DNA of 64,000 nucleotides from Oculina patagonica (Eukaryota): NCBI RefSeq assembly GCF_052425735.1, contig NC_135771.1, positions 23,250,001 to 23,314,000 of the forward strand, read 5' to 3'. Shown piece by piece: positions 34,590 to 47,626 of this stretch (position 1 is its first letter; each line of letters starts with the position of its first letter). The notes under the pieces were generated by a model. It saw only the letters and a program-made list of their open reading frames with translations, ran no database searches and was not told where the DNA came from. The position numbers and the translations under genes were made by a program.

Positions 34590-37285
34590 ATTATAGATGT
34601 TTATCTTCTTTTAAAAAAAAAAAACTGAACAATACATAGACCTCAAAGATTTATTATATTATGTCCGCTGAGCTAATGCAAAAGAAACACTCGGCGTCAA
34701 AACTACTTCCAGGTAGCAACCTCTTCAACTTCAATTGTATTTTTGCAGCAACTGTTTTAACTGTGCCTGGAGCAAGTTAAACAGCTCTTATGCGTAATTC
34801 AGAATGCTGCACAAATTGATTGTTTGGTTGTTTTAAGACGAAAAACGTTTAATTAAATAAGAATAATTTCATCAAAAAATGCATAAAATGGAACAAATTT
34901 TATCGAAAGGAACCCCTAACTATAAACATGTCTACTGCCAGTTTCTAGAATCAACGGATGAAATCCCATACACAATGACATTATTTACTACCACGTTAGT
35001 AAGTATGTAATGGCGTTCTATTTTGGAATTGTCTTGAATGATAAATTATTAATTTTATTATTTCTTTGTTTTCTTTCAATTATGCCGCGTCCCCTACTTA
35101 AGAAGCTGGCTCAAAGAACTTGCTTCATTTCGCACTAAATCTCGGAGAGGTAAGTACATTTTTTGACGCGCCCTACCGTAAGTTTTCGTACATGATTTGA
35201 AATTTTTTCTTTTCAGTAGCCAGTTGACTGTGCTGCGTTTCTAGAGCAGAATCTTAAGCGAAGTACTTTCAAACTTTGGTGAGTTGTACAGTTAAGTTAG
35301 CAGTTAAGTTAGTCTTGAATTCTTTCGCAGCCGAAAGTGCAACCGCAAATCTGTTTCTTAAAAGTTAGGATTTTAATACAGAAAAACATTATTTTGCACA
35401 TCGCCAATGCCTTTTTGGAGCGTCAACAAGAAAAGAAAATTTCTCAAGGTCAGTACAGTATAAACTAATCTTGTCCAGTGCCTACGATATTAGCGAGCAA
35501 AAACCTAGCTAGGCGACTGGATAATCGTGGTTAAACAGGAGTGCTTTGTTCAATTCGTGATTGATCAGGACGCCCAGCCATGATTGTTAACGTCGATAAA
35601 TGAAAATAGTTTTTCAGCGTTGTTCTTTCCAATTCATTGTTTTTAAGTCCAGTCCGGTTTATAACGGTTTAGGCAAGGACTGAAAGTTTGTTGTCGAGAA
35701 TTGGGAGTCTTGACTCTCATGTTACCTGCGAAATAAGCTGTGCATATACGAGTCATTTTAAGGTCGAAAGTAAAACAAACACATTATTTTATTTACATAT
35801 GTACTGTACTACTTTTTTACAAAGTGCTATCTTGAAATTTTGACTCTATTTTCCACTGCTTTCCCCTCGTCTTTCTATGCACAGGCCGGATTGAGCTTCG
35901 ACTCATTGACCTGTTTTAAAAAGCTAAATGTGGTTCAAGTAATTTGCATGTGTTATTGATCCGACCCTGACAATAATTGGCGCAAAAAGCACGCAACTTG
36001 TTAACTGTGAAAATTGAACAATTTTAAACAATATTGAACTGGAAGGCAGATTGCAGAATTTAAGTTTCATCGTCAATTCGAGCTTCTACAAAATCCCGAG
36101 ATACGGCTTTTAGAAAAAAAATATATTTGAAGATACTTTACATTACCCCTTCAAGTTAGTTAAGCTTGGTATTTACGGGGCGTCCTTCTATGCCTTGGAA
36201 AATTATTAGACGTGAACTAATCCTGTGGGTGATATGATAATTTTCTTGATATTATTTACAATTACACGTCGGATAAGCAAAGCTTGTGGATATTTTTTGA
36301 ATATAAAGATCAGCGATAATAAAATACAACGTTTCGACATCTTCGTGATGTCATTGTCAAGTGAAAGATTAGATTAGTTCCTGCTTTGTAAATAGATCTA
36401 CGATTATGTACAAAAGACGACAAATGAAAATAAACAAGAAAACGTGACTTTTGGAAACAATGCCAATAAACAAACAATTTTGCTCGGATTGAGTCTCACT
36501 GGAAGTTAAGACTTGGTTGAATATCTCTAAGTTTGAGTGTGTTACGTAACTATTTTGTTCCCGCGTTTTGCGATGAAAGTCATTTTTAGCGTCTGAAACT
36601 TTATCGCAAATTAAGATGCCGTTGCGCTCTTTGAAACCCGTTTCTTTGAGGATAAGAGTAAAATTCTATCTGAATGAGAATTTTGTTCTTACAAGGACAC
36701 AATTTAGCGCCGGAAGATGTTTTGTTTCGTAACTGAATAAGCCGTCGTGCTTCCTAAACTCATCCCATGGCCAAATGGTCGGTTTTGCAAATAATTTTTG
36801 GTTATTGTCGTCTTAGTTAATCCGCTGGTTTCCTCAGTGAATGTTGTCCGTTTGCATCCTTGTTTTCCGGCATTTTCGACTGTATACGTACTGTGGTATA
36901 TTTAGTTAAAAAAATTCCTGTATTCTGTCGATCAACCTGGTGGACGTGAACATTTGCTGACAGATCGATATTCGAGTAAATTGATTCCTTAACACATCTC
37001 TGGCGAAGAGGCGTCAAGGAATTTCATTCATACGTGTCGAAAAATCTAGACCCCCTGCTAATGTTCTGCAGTAAAAAACTGCAGAACATCGGCAGGGGTC
37101 CACGATTTCAAATTCGCAAGAAGCTCGTCATGTGTTATATTTTGTCACTGACCTCATATGGTCAAATGACGTAATAGTGTAATAATAAATATAATTAATA
37201 TTAATAACATGCTTATTATCCCACAGTCCTGCGAGATATCCATTCAGTACCTCAGACTCTCATCACCGAACAACTTCGACTAAAA

Positions 37286-38321
37286 ATGAAGTACTTTCTT
37301 GTCCTTTGTGCCGTTTTCTTCTGCTGGAACTTTGTCTCTGGTAAGGTCGTAGTTAGTCAATTCTGCCATTTTGTGTGTCTTTTTTTAACTTCGGAGAAAA
37401 AGCATAAATTTTTCCAAAGCATGAACGTACCTCATTTAAATAAAAACTTAAAGACGACCGTAATCTGTGATCAGTGAATCATCACTACTTTGCTTTTTAC
37501 CCCCGCGCGGATTTGCAGAGTAGCTTATACTAGTATCTCCGAGCATTTCACAGTACACAGCCCAATGGACAAAAACAAGACCACAACACTGGAAACTCCA
37601 CACCCTACGCGCCCTTTAGTGAATAACTAAACGACGAGTGAAGAAAATCTCAATGCAATCTCAATTTCCCCAGTCCTTTGGCACTTCGTGAAATCGAGGT
37701 TCCACTGTACTTGTCAACAACACATGCGCCTTAACTGAGCTATTTTTTTTCTTTTATTTAAGCTGGCAGCATCGATTGTTACTATTGTACCGGTACGGAC
37801 GATGAATGCGCAAAGGATAAACTGGTAGCAGACAAAGCTAAATACTTGGTGACATGTTCATTATCAACGGATTGCTGCATTTCGGTCTCATCGGTTCAAA
37901 AGTTTGGCAAAATTTCAGTGTGGAAGTCGTGCGTCACGAAATCAAAGTGTGATGCTTACAAAAGGGCCTGTGAACTCATACCAGGACTATGTGCTGTCAA
38001 CTGCTGTGATACTGACGAATGTAACGCGGGCTCACCTGGATTGTCAAGTGAGAAAAAAATTTCTAACTTTCTTTAGTAGCATAACGCAGTGACTGACTGT
38101 TAGGCAAACTCGCAATGTGATTGGCTACGCATGCGCGTAATTTTCGATAGATTGCCTTGGGAGCGCGCAAAACCACAAACCAAAACTATAAATAATAAAA
38201 CTATAAATAAAATAAATGAACCCTCTCTTTTTTTACATGAGCCTTTCTTCGCACACAACTCCCCACTCAATCTGCAACAGCGTTCAGTTCTTTTTTTATT
38301 TCCTCCACAGATTCCAAGTAG
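37286..38321 (+). CDS. Secreted Ly6/uPAR three-finger protein, copy 3 (exons 37286-37340, 37763-38047, 38311-38321)
   Basis: MKYFLVLCAVFFCWNFVS-AGSIDCYYCTGTDDEC...CAVNCCDTDECNAGSPGLSNSK*; same intron phases as copy 2. Confidence 0.85.
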
Positions 38322-38564
38322 CAATCAGGCAATGAAGGACTCATCGGTTTGAATTAATTCAAGAAACTTGATAACAGTTAACAGGTTAACTGGTTAAGGA
38401 AAAAACAAGCTAGGACACAAGATACTAGAAACGTGGAAGTAAAATAAAACAAAAAATAAATTCTGTAAGTTAAAGATAATAAAGAAAAGAAGCAATGAAC
38501 ACAAGCCGTTTGTTTGATGTAGTGGGGATAGTTAATACACCGGTACCTCGAATTCCAAAGGAAG

Positions 38565-38862
38565 ATAGGTAGGTAAAGTCTTCGTCGAGTGACCCATACC
38601 GTCGGAGCTTATCCGGTTTCTGTAGCATTAAGCGACTAGGAGTAGTTCTACTTCCCCCTGGATTGAATGCTTGTCCATCGCAGGGCCGATTACCCCAGTA
38701 TTATGTCGCCGATACCCATTTATACACCGGGGAGGAGAGAGGCACTAGCGCACTATGAGAGTAAAGTGTCCTGCCCAAGAACACAAAACAGTGACCCTGG
38801 CCAGGGCTCGAACCCAGACCGCTGTATTAGCGGTTTAGCGCGCGAACCATTAGGCCACCGCG
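38565..38862 (-). mobile_element. tRNA-derived SINE downstream of Ly6 copy 3
   Basis: Reverse complement of the 8053 family, at a position equivalent to the 13180-13400 copy. Confidence 0.75.
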
Positions 38863-41800
38863 TCTTCCACGCGTTTCCTGAAAGAAGCATTAAAAACATC
38901 TCGTCTTTTTGTGCTAAATACTGCACATTCGCCACCAGCCTACACTGCTTTTGCGCTATCTTGTTCTGCCTTAAAACGCACAAAAACTATCAGCTCTGAC
39001 AAGGAGCTCGAGGTTGCTGAAAGAGTTTTGTTGTCAGCCAAGCGAAGAACAATAATGCTACGTCGACAGTCGTTTATTTTTTTCGGCTTAGCGAGCAACC
39101 ATAAATGAACGTAAAGTAAAAGAGTTCATTTCTTGATATGAACTTTTAGTTCCTTTTTAAAATTGAAAATATATTGTTTATATCGTAAAATTCTCTAGAG
39201 ACAAGGAGAATATTCATCTTGTTTTCTGACGCCTGCTTCAATAATTTTCTTTATTCCTTTTAACAATCGCTTTCCGCAGCTATTGCGAGTCGTATTGTGT
39301 TTTAATTTGAAAAATAAAATTCATAAATATGAAAAACTTGTATAAATTTATTTCGCTCTTTCCACTGATTAAACATCAATTAGTGGGATGCAAACAATCT
39401 ACCGTAATCTATCTATCAACAAAGAAAAGTTTGGACACTTTATGCTAGATCTACACTGAAAATGAAATTCTCCACGAGTTGTTTTTAAAGGTTTTTTTTT
39501 TCGTATATACGGACATGTATCATTGATTGTATCGCCAAAAAATTCAGTCTTTATTAAAATATATATAAAGGATGAGCAGTTCAAAGCACTTTGCAGATAC
39601 TTTAATATCTTGAAGATTTTTAGAACTTAAAATTTACATATGGGGATTGAAAATGGAATTAAAGTCTTCGCGCTCTTGTAATTATAAAGTGTGCCTGAAA
39701 GCCCAAAATACTAAGAGTGCTCCATTCGTATTGAATATTAATTTAAGAATAATTTTCCTGGATTCGAGAGCGCTAATAACACACAAACATCCTTGCATTT
39801 TTTTTCGTTTTTAGATTCTTAATTCCGCGAACAAGTTAAAAGAGTAAAATTGTAGACAGTAAAAATTGTAGTCTTGTTTTAAGTTTTTCCAACAATTGTT
39901 TTTCTTCGCATTTTCACAAAAGCTATGGCAGCTGATGTAAGCTAAATTAAGCCACGTTTGTTTTTGTCAACATTCCAAAAACAGTAAAATGTTAAGTAAA
40001 CTCTAATATACCGGTAACGTATATCTTAAAACTCAAATTATAATAATGACCTCTTTATAGTCTTTCAATTAAAAAATGTTTTGACGGGTTCATACACAAG
40101 AATAATAATTTAGCTTTTAGCCATTCGCATTGAATATTTGAAACTAAAATACAACCTCCCACAGACCCTAAAGTGTTCAAAACGTGTAGATGAAACTGTT
40201 CCCAAATGTAAAGTGAGTGTAGAGAAATAGTTTCTGCGAAAAAATATAATTCGACAGTCCTATTTATAACGATGAATTTATACGGGGGCTTATGTCGAAA
40301 CTGGCTTCTTGAAAGCCTTTTAATAAAAAACGTCTTGAGGTTTTTATGCATCGGTTATAATTAAGCCAAACCATTCGAATTGAATAATTAAAAGTAGAAC
40401 ACGTATAATTTTCCCGCATGTTTTGTTTGCATGTTTTGAGAGTAGCATTCTTGGCAATTACGGGTAAAAAGAATTGTAGTCTTGTTGTTAGAAGTTTTTT
40501 CTTTCGTTTTATCAAATGCTTCCGCAGGTGATGCGAGCAAAGTCATCTTTTTTTTTTTTTAATTTAAGTTTTGATGCGAGCAAAGTCACACTTATTTTGT
40601 CAACACTCTAAAGGAATATTAAAATATTAAGGTTGTTTTTTTTTTTTACCGTCCCAGGCATAATTAAGACATTAAACGTGAAAATTGAAACTGTTTTCCT
40701 TGTTGTGAGAGCTGTATATTTTTTTTTGATCCGTTCTTAGAAAAAAATCTACTTTCTCTGACAAGAAAAAGGGAAAAATAATTTAACAATTTAAAAGAAT
40801 AATTACAACGGTTTATCTTTCTGTTTTTCCAAGAAACTGTCCACTCAGTATAACTTAAGGTCGTATTTCGTCAAACTCAACTTATGAATTTTTAACCATA
40901 ACAGATAAGTAAACATATCAACTTTTTACTAACAGATCCAAGTTATATACCAACGACAAACGTATTAACAAAAACATGTCATTTAATAGACTCAATAGTT
41001 TCTTGCGAAAATCGAAGTTAACTTTTATAATTACGCAAAACACTTTGCAATATTAGCTAGTGTTGACATAGCTTGTTGAATTTAATAGCACTTGTAGAGT
41101 TTAAGTGCTACCGACTGTAATTTTCGAGAAAAAAATTTCAAAACTGCAAATTCGCATTTCTTCATATTCAGTCAAAAGAAACCCTTTGGTGAACTATTTA
41201 CGAAAATGACATTTAAAATTTTCAAAGCGTTTTTATATTTGAGAAAATCGGCAAAAGGTGAAATGCCGTTTTCGCGTCCCCGCCGCCATAAAATTTTGTC
41301 GAATTTTTGTAGGTATTCAAAACACTCATACGGAAAGAAGGTTGAACGTATGAAATTTATCTTTGGTAGGTATGCAGGGCATCCAATATACTACACAGAA
41401 ACTTAAAAATATTGCAAAACGATGCAGTTAAACAGATCTTTTTGAAAGCCCGAAAATTGGTATTTTGAGCACTTTGGCAAACACTTGAAACAAGGGTAAC
41501 TTTGGTGGCAAAAATCGTGTCCTGGTACATCGAAATTTGGAATAAAAAATAGATCGGCGTCAAGTACTATTATGGTACTGTAACATATAAAAAATCCAGC
41601 CCGGGCAATTGAAAAACCATCCGTTGAGAGAAGTAAACGCATAGTAAATATTTCATGTATTGACTACAAAAATTGTCACGGTCACGCAACACTAGTAAAC
41701 ACATTTCGATTGGATTTATTCAATGTGTTTTAATTTTGCTCACTTTGGCTACAGTTTATGCTCGAATATAAAATCTATCTATGTTATGTATTATTTACTG

Positions 41801-44249
41801 TTTTGTATTCATATCAAAATTAATTTTAGAGGAGGGGATAATTGATCTGACCACAAAAATACAAAGGTCAAGTTTCGTGTCATATTTACCGACTTTGCCG
41901 CTCACACTGTGTAACTCGCACTGTGAAAGAAATAAAACAATTTAAAGCGAAATGTCTTCACAAAGTAGTCTCGAAGCGTGTCATATTTTATCCTGGTGGT
42001 TCTGTTTCATTAAATTACTAACTATTTAACACTGGTAAAAGTTACTTTTAGTTCCGGCTGTATCGATTCTGTAAAGTTTTTCGAATACCTCAGTCTGTGT
42101 GTCAACAACATGAATTTTGCAAATACAGTATGTGTTCATAAACAAGATGATCTTATCGACAAGCGTATCCATAGGAGAACATCGAAAAATGAAGTAACTG
42201 TGTTCAACTGTTTGTATTTCCTTTTTAAGAGTGCGGGTCCTCGACTTGATATTATACGCCAGAACTGAACTGTCCAGAACTGATACATGTACATGTTTAC
42301 CAAGAACTGCAAGAACTGGAATTAGATGTCTGTCTGAATGTCTGTTGATTTCCTGTTTAACAATAACAATAAAAAAACACTCTTGGCTATAAAGCAAAAG
42401 ATACTATACCACCAGCTTACCATACATGTCCAAACACAACAAGTAGCGATTCTCGGCTGGTTGAGCAACTGGAGCAAATACCAAACACATTCGAAAAGGC
42501 GATCTCCGCAGCCGTTGTCAGCCGTCGTCACGCTCTCCACTGTTGCAAGGCTGCCTGCCTTTCTCCCGTTTGCAATTTTAACACAAGTTCTCTGCCTTTT
42601 TACCGCATTCACAACCAATCTCGACTCACTCTTTTTACCTCCAGACTCTTAAAATCAAATTCGATCCTTTGGAGAGCGGGGAAAGGGGGGGGGGGGGGGC
42701 GGAGGGGGTCAAGGTTTATTTTGTCATTGATCTTATTGTCCTACGAAGTGACTGACCAGATTACCTGGAGTAATCTTTACCTTAAGGTTTAAGATGGTAC
42801 TAATTTTAGCGATTTTTCTGAGCAAGATTTAGCGACAATGTAATTTAGCTATTTTCAGATTTTTTTTAAAAAAAAAAAAAAACAGCAGGCCCTAGAAAAA
42901 AAATACCCAGTGTAAACCAGTATTTCATAAAGTAATAGCTTAGATGGAAATAAATGTTCAGTAAAAGAACAGAATCACTAGACGGCATTGTCAGAAAGAA
43001 CAAAGTTACGATATCCATTTCTTAAAAGAATTTTTGATGTCGACTATGATTAATTTATTTTCCTTTGGGGAGGGGGGAGGGGGGTACCAAAATTTAACGA
43101 GTATTAAATTTGACCAAGACTAATTTTAGCGACTACTTAATTTAGCGATTTTCTGTACTCGCTAAAATCACTAAAATTAGAAGCCGTTAAAAATTGCCAC
43201 CTTGAAGTATGTTGTACTTACAGCAGCCTGGGAACTAGATAAGGGTTGACCCTCAGATACTGAGGTGGACAGGAATTCAGGAAGAGAGGTTTAACTTAAA
43301 AAACAACAGCGAAAAAAAACCTTGTAGTAGAGAGAAGAAAAGGACCAACCTTGCAGAAAAAAATTGGTCGGAAATCATTTCCTGTCTCCACTTCTCAGTA
43401 TTTAAAGGTTTGCCCCTTGCCTTATTTTAGTATATGTGGGACGATTAAATGCAGAGGGCCACACAACGTTAGGAAGACTTTGGCACAATTCTTTGTCAGA
43501 TCTCACGTAGCTTGGAGATGTGTGTACTAGAACTCACTCGAGGTGTATAAAACAGTAATTTTAAATGCACGGCTAGTACGACGACACTTTGTATTGGACA
43601 ATTTATTAGCAGTTAGCTTATGTGTACTAAACAGTGGCCGATCCAGACCTTTAGGTAGGTGGGGCCCCCAATCATCCTGACCTGAAATTAGCTCTTGAAG
43701 ATGATTTTTCTTGGTCCCGTGGGCCTCGGTTTAGCCTAAAAATAATGTGGAGTCCAGGGCCCAATGGCTCCTCCCCTTGATCCGCCACTGCTTTTAATAG
43801 TTGCAGACGCAATAGAACACAGAGCATTTTAACTTGGTCCCGCATTCATGCAACTACATTCCTGGACAAGTTCTTGCAACAGGACCACATAAAGAGCCCT
43901 TTTCCTCACTTGTGGAACAGAAACAGCTAGTCCAAGTTCATTGCAAAAGAATTGTAGCTGCCACAGTTTTTTTTCTTCGAAAGAGAGTTTGCCTAGACCA
44001 TTTCCCACACAAGGGCCTGGTTAAAAAAAAAAAAAAAATTATGAAATCGCTAAATTAAATAGTCGCTAAATCTTGCTCAGAAAAATCGCTAAAATTAGTA
44101 GCCGCTAAAAATAGCAACCTTAAGGTAACGATTACTTCTGCAATTCTGGTAATCTGGTCAGTCAATTCGTGGGACAATAAGATCAATGACAAAATAAACC
44201 TTGACCCCCTACCCCCCCCCCCCCCCGAACACCCGTATATAACATTCCC

Positions 44250-44326
44250 TAGCCTCCCACGCAGTCGTTCTTAGGGGCGATCGTGTTTCACTCGATCGCC
44301 CCTAAGAACAACTGCGTGGGAGGCTA
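44250..44326. mobile_element. 77-bp hairpin MITE with TAG..CTA ends
   Basis: tagcctcccacgcagt..cttaggggcgatcg / cgatcgcccctaag..actgcgtgggaggcta, 4-bp TSD tccc; absent from the left arm. Confidence 0.8.
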
Positions 44327-45608
44327 TCCCTTTCCCCGCTCTCCAAAGGATCGAAATTGTTTTTAAGAGTCTGGAGGTAAAAAGAGTGAGTCGAGATTGG
44401 TTGTGAATGCGGTAAAATGGCAGAGAACTTGTGTTAAAATTGCAAACGGGAGAAAGGCAGGCAGCCTTGCAACAGTGGAGAGCGTGACGACGGCTGACAA
44501 CGGCTGCGGAGATCGCCTTTTCGAATGTGTTTGGTATTTGCTCCAGTTGCTCAACCAGCCGAGAATCGCTACTTGTTATGTTTGGACATGTATGGTAAGC
44601 TGGTGGTATAGTATCTTTTGCTTTATAGCCAAGAGTGTTTTTTTATTGTTATTGTTAAACAGGAAATCAACAGACATTCAGACAGACATCTAATTCCAGT
44701 TCTTGCAGTTCTTGGTAAACATGTACATGTATCAGTTCTGGCGTATAATATCAAGTCGAGGACCCGCACTCTTAAAAGGAAATACAAACAGTTGAACACA
44801 GTTACTTCATTTTTCGATGTTCTCCTATAGATACGCTTGTCGATGAGATCATCTTGTTTATGAACACATACTGTATTTGCAAAATTCATGTTGTTGACAC
44901 ACAGACTGAGGTATTCGAAAAACTTTACAGAATCGATACAGCCGGAACTAAAAGTAACTTTTACCAGTGTTAAATAGTTAGTAATTTAATGAAACAGAAC
45001 CACCAGGATAAAATATGACACGCTTCGAGACTACTTTGTGAAGACATTTCGCTTTGAATTGTTTTATTTCTTTCACAGTGCGAGTTACACAGTGCGAGCG
45101 GCAAAGTCAGTATTAAAATATGACACGAAACTTGACCTTTGTATTTTTGTGGTCAGATCAATTATCCCCTCCTCTAAAATTAATTTTGATATGAATACAA
45201 AACAGTAAATAATACATAACATAGATAGATTTTATATTCGAGCATAAACTGTAGCCAAAGTGAGCAAAATTAAAACACATTGAATAAATCCAATCGAAAT
45301 GTGTTTACTAGTGTTGCGTGACCGTGACAATTTTTGTAGTCAATACATGAAATATTCACTATGCGTTTACTTCTCTCAACGGGTGGTTTTTCAATTGCCC
45401 GGGCTGAATTTTTTATATGTTATAGTACCATAATAGTACTTGACGTCGATCTATTTTTTATTCCAAATTTCGATGTACCAGGACACGATTTTTGCCACCA
45501 AAGTTACCCTTGTTTCAAGTGTTTGCCAAAGTGCTCAAAATACCAATTTTCGGGCTTTCAAAAAGATCTGTTTAACTGCATCGTTTTGCAATATTTTTAG
45601 GTTTCTGT

Positions 45609-46007
45609 TGTATAATCAAACCACACGCACAACTTCAAGATACGCACTTTAACCAGCGATTTGCTGAAATAACAAACAACACAGACAAACTAAACTTACA
45701 GCGAAAGAAACAAACGGAAAACTAAAACAGAAAGTGAAAAAACAATGGAAAAAATACGAAACTTACAAGATTTGTGCGAACACTTCGGCGACTTTAACAT
45801 ACTGACAACGAAAACTTAAAAAACACCGCAGAAAACGCTAAACAAAACAATAGAAATGGTAGATATAAAAAATGCACACGAAAATATAACACGTAACGTA
45901 ACCTAAAAATAACTAACAAAGCTAATTACAAGAAAAATATGCGCAACAAAAAACGGAAACAAAGGACTCGACAAATAAAAACGAATAATAAGGGCTCCGT
46001 GGCTACA
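45609..46007. mobile_element. Solo LTR (399 bp)
   Basis: TGTA...TACA termini, 5-bp TSD tctgt; the empty site is seen in the left TIR arm (~41392-41400). Confidence 0.85.
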
Positions 46008-47626
46008 TCTGTGTAGTATATTGGATGCCCTGCATACCTGCCAAAGATAAATTTCATACGTTCAACCTTCTTTCCGTACGAGTGTTTTGAATACCTACAA
46101 AAATTCGACAAAATTTTATGGCGGCGGGGACGCGAAAACGGCATTTCACCTTTTGCCGATTTTCTCAAATATAAAAACCCTTTGAAAATTTTAAATGTCA
46201 TTTTCGTAAATAGTTCACCAAAGAGTTTCTTTTGACTGAATATGAAGAAATGCGAATTTGCAGTTTTGAAATTTTTTTCTCGAAAATTACAGTCGGTAGC
46301 ACTTAATAACTTGTAGTATAAATAGCATTCATAAAACCTGTCAATCGAAATTGACAATATAGCTGACTTGTTCAGACGTGAGTTGAATTTAAGGTCTTCC
46401 TGCACGGAAAATGAAAACTTTTTCCTTGTTAAAAGACCAGACGAACAATTTTTTGCAACTCTTTTGAAATCCTTCATTACATGAACAAGATAAGAATGAA
46501 AATTTCTCGACAATAAAGAATAATTGTAAATTATTACAGTATTGTTTTCTGTTAGTGACCAAGCAACAGTTTTTTCTTCCGTTTATTAACCAGGTGTTGC
46601 AGGTCATTATCGTATTTTGCCGTCTTCCTCCTAGCATTTCAAACTAATGTAACAACGATTAACAAAAACGCCTCGCTTATACACAGAAAAGAGAGTAAAC
46701 AGAGATTCGAGTTATTGCAAGTGTGAGAAAAAAAAAAGTAAAATTCTTCTCAATTAAAAAGAATGGTAGTCTTGTTTTAATTTTGTCCCAGGCAGAAATT
46801 TTCCTTTCCTTTTAAACGAATGCTTTAACAGGTGTTACAACGGTAGGCATATACGATCTTGTCAACAGTCCAAATAAAAATATTAAGAGAACCCAAATAT
46901 AGAAAACGTTTATACGATAATAAAAACTGTAATTGACGTCCTCTTAGTCATATAATGTGATGAGGGTTTTACGTTTCGCCCCCAAAACAAATAAGTCACT
47001 TTAGACATGAGAATTAAAACTGTTTTTCTTGTTATGAAGTTTGCATTATTTTTGCACCTCACGAGCACCTTTTAGTTTTTAAATCTTATAAAACTACAAA
47101 GGAATCGTCTTTTCCGCGGTCAAGAAAAAAATTCTCGAAAACTAATAAAAATCATTAATGTTCGCTTTCTGTTTTTACCTAGTAACTGTTTTTGGCTTTT
47201 TTTAACAAAAGCAGGTGATGTGAGTCATATTGCATTTCGTCAAAAAAAAGAAGCAAATTATGATTATAATGTTTGATTATGAAACAGAAATACCCATATC
47301 ATCTTTCTATCTAAAAACTCAGTTATTTCCCAAGATTTAACTTGCTAACAAAACGCGTCGTCCCTCTTTAAAATTCGAATTTCGAAAATTCGAAAATTTG
47401 TAAAAGCTCTGAAAATTCCAAACTCAAATTTTAACTTAATTTTTAAAATTACACAAACCATTTTGCAATATTGACATAAACAGCTAGGAAAAATTAATAA
47501 CGTAAAGCACTGTACGTAACGTAAAAATCTGTCAATTAACATAACTGACATATTCAGACATGGCTTGAAACTTAAGGTGCTCCTGCATCCTCAAATAACA
47601 CATTTTGTTGTTGGCAGCCCCGCGTC

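Larger units (their letters stand above)
41105..46302. mobile_element. 5.2-kb non-coding foldback element with ~1.7-kb TIRs and TTAA TSD
   Basis: ttaa-gtgctaccgactgtaattttcgag ... ctcgaaaattacagtcggtagcac-ttaa. Arms 41105-~42770 and ~44145-46302 are near-identical and explain the mirrored ORFs. Confidence 0.9.

Noticed and set aside
36325-36365. Penelope-like terminal motif (acaacgtttcgac...gtcattgtcaagtg)
   Set aside because: Too short, and no RT or GIY-YIG coding remnant could be read nearby
41206-46513. Mirrored ORF pairs as duplicated genes
   Set aside because: They arise from the inverted arms of the foldback element and show no recognisable domains or splice structure
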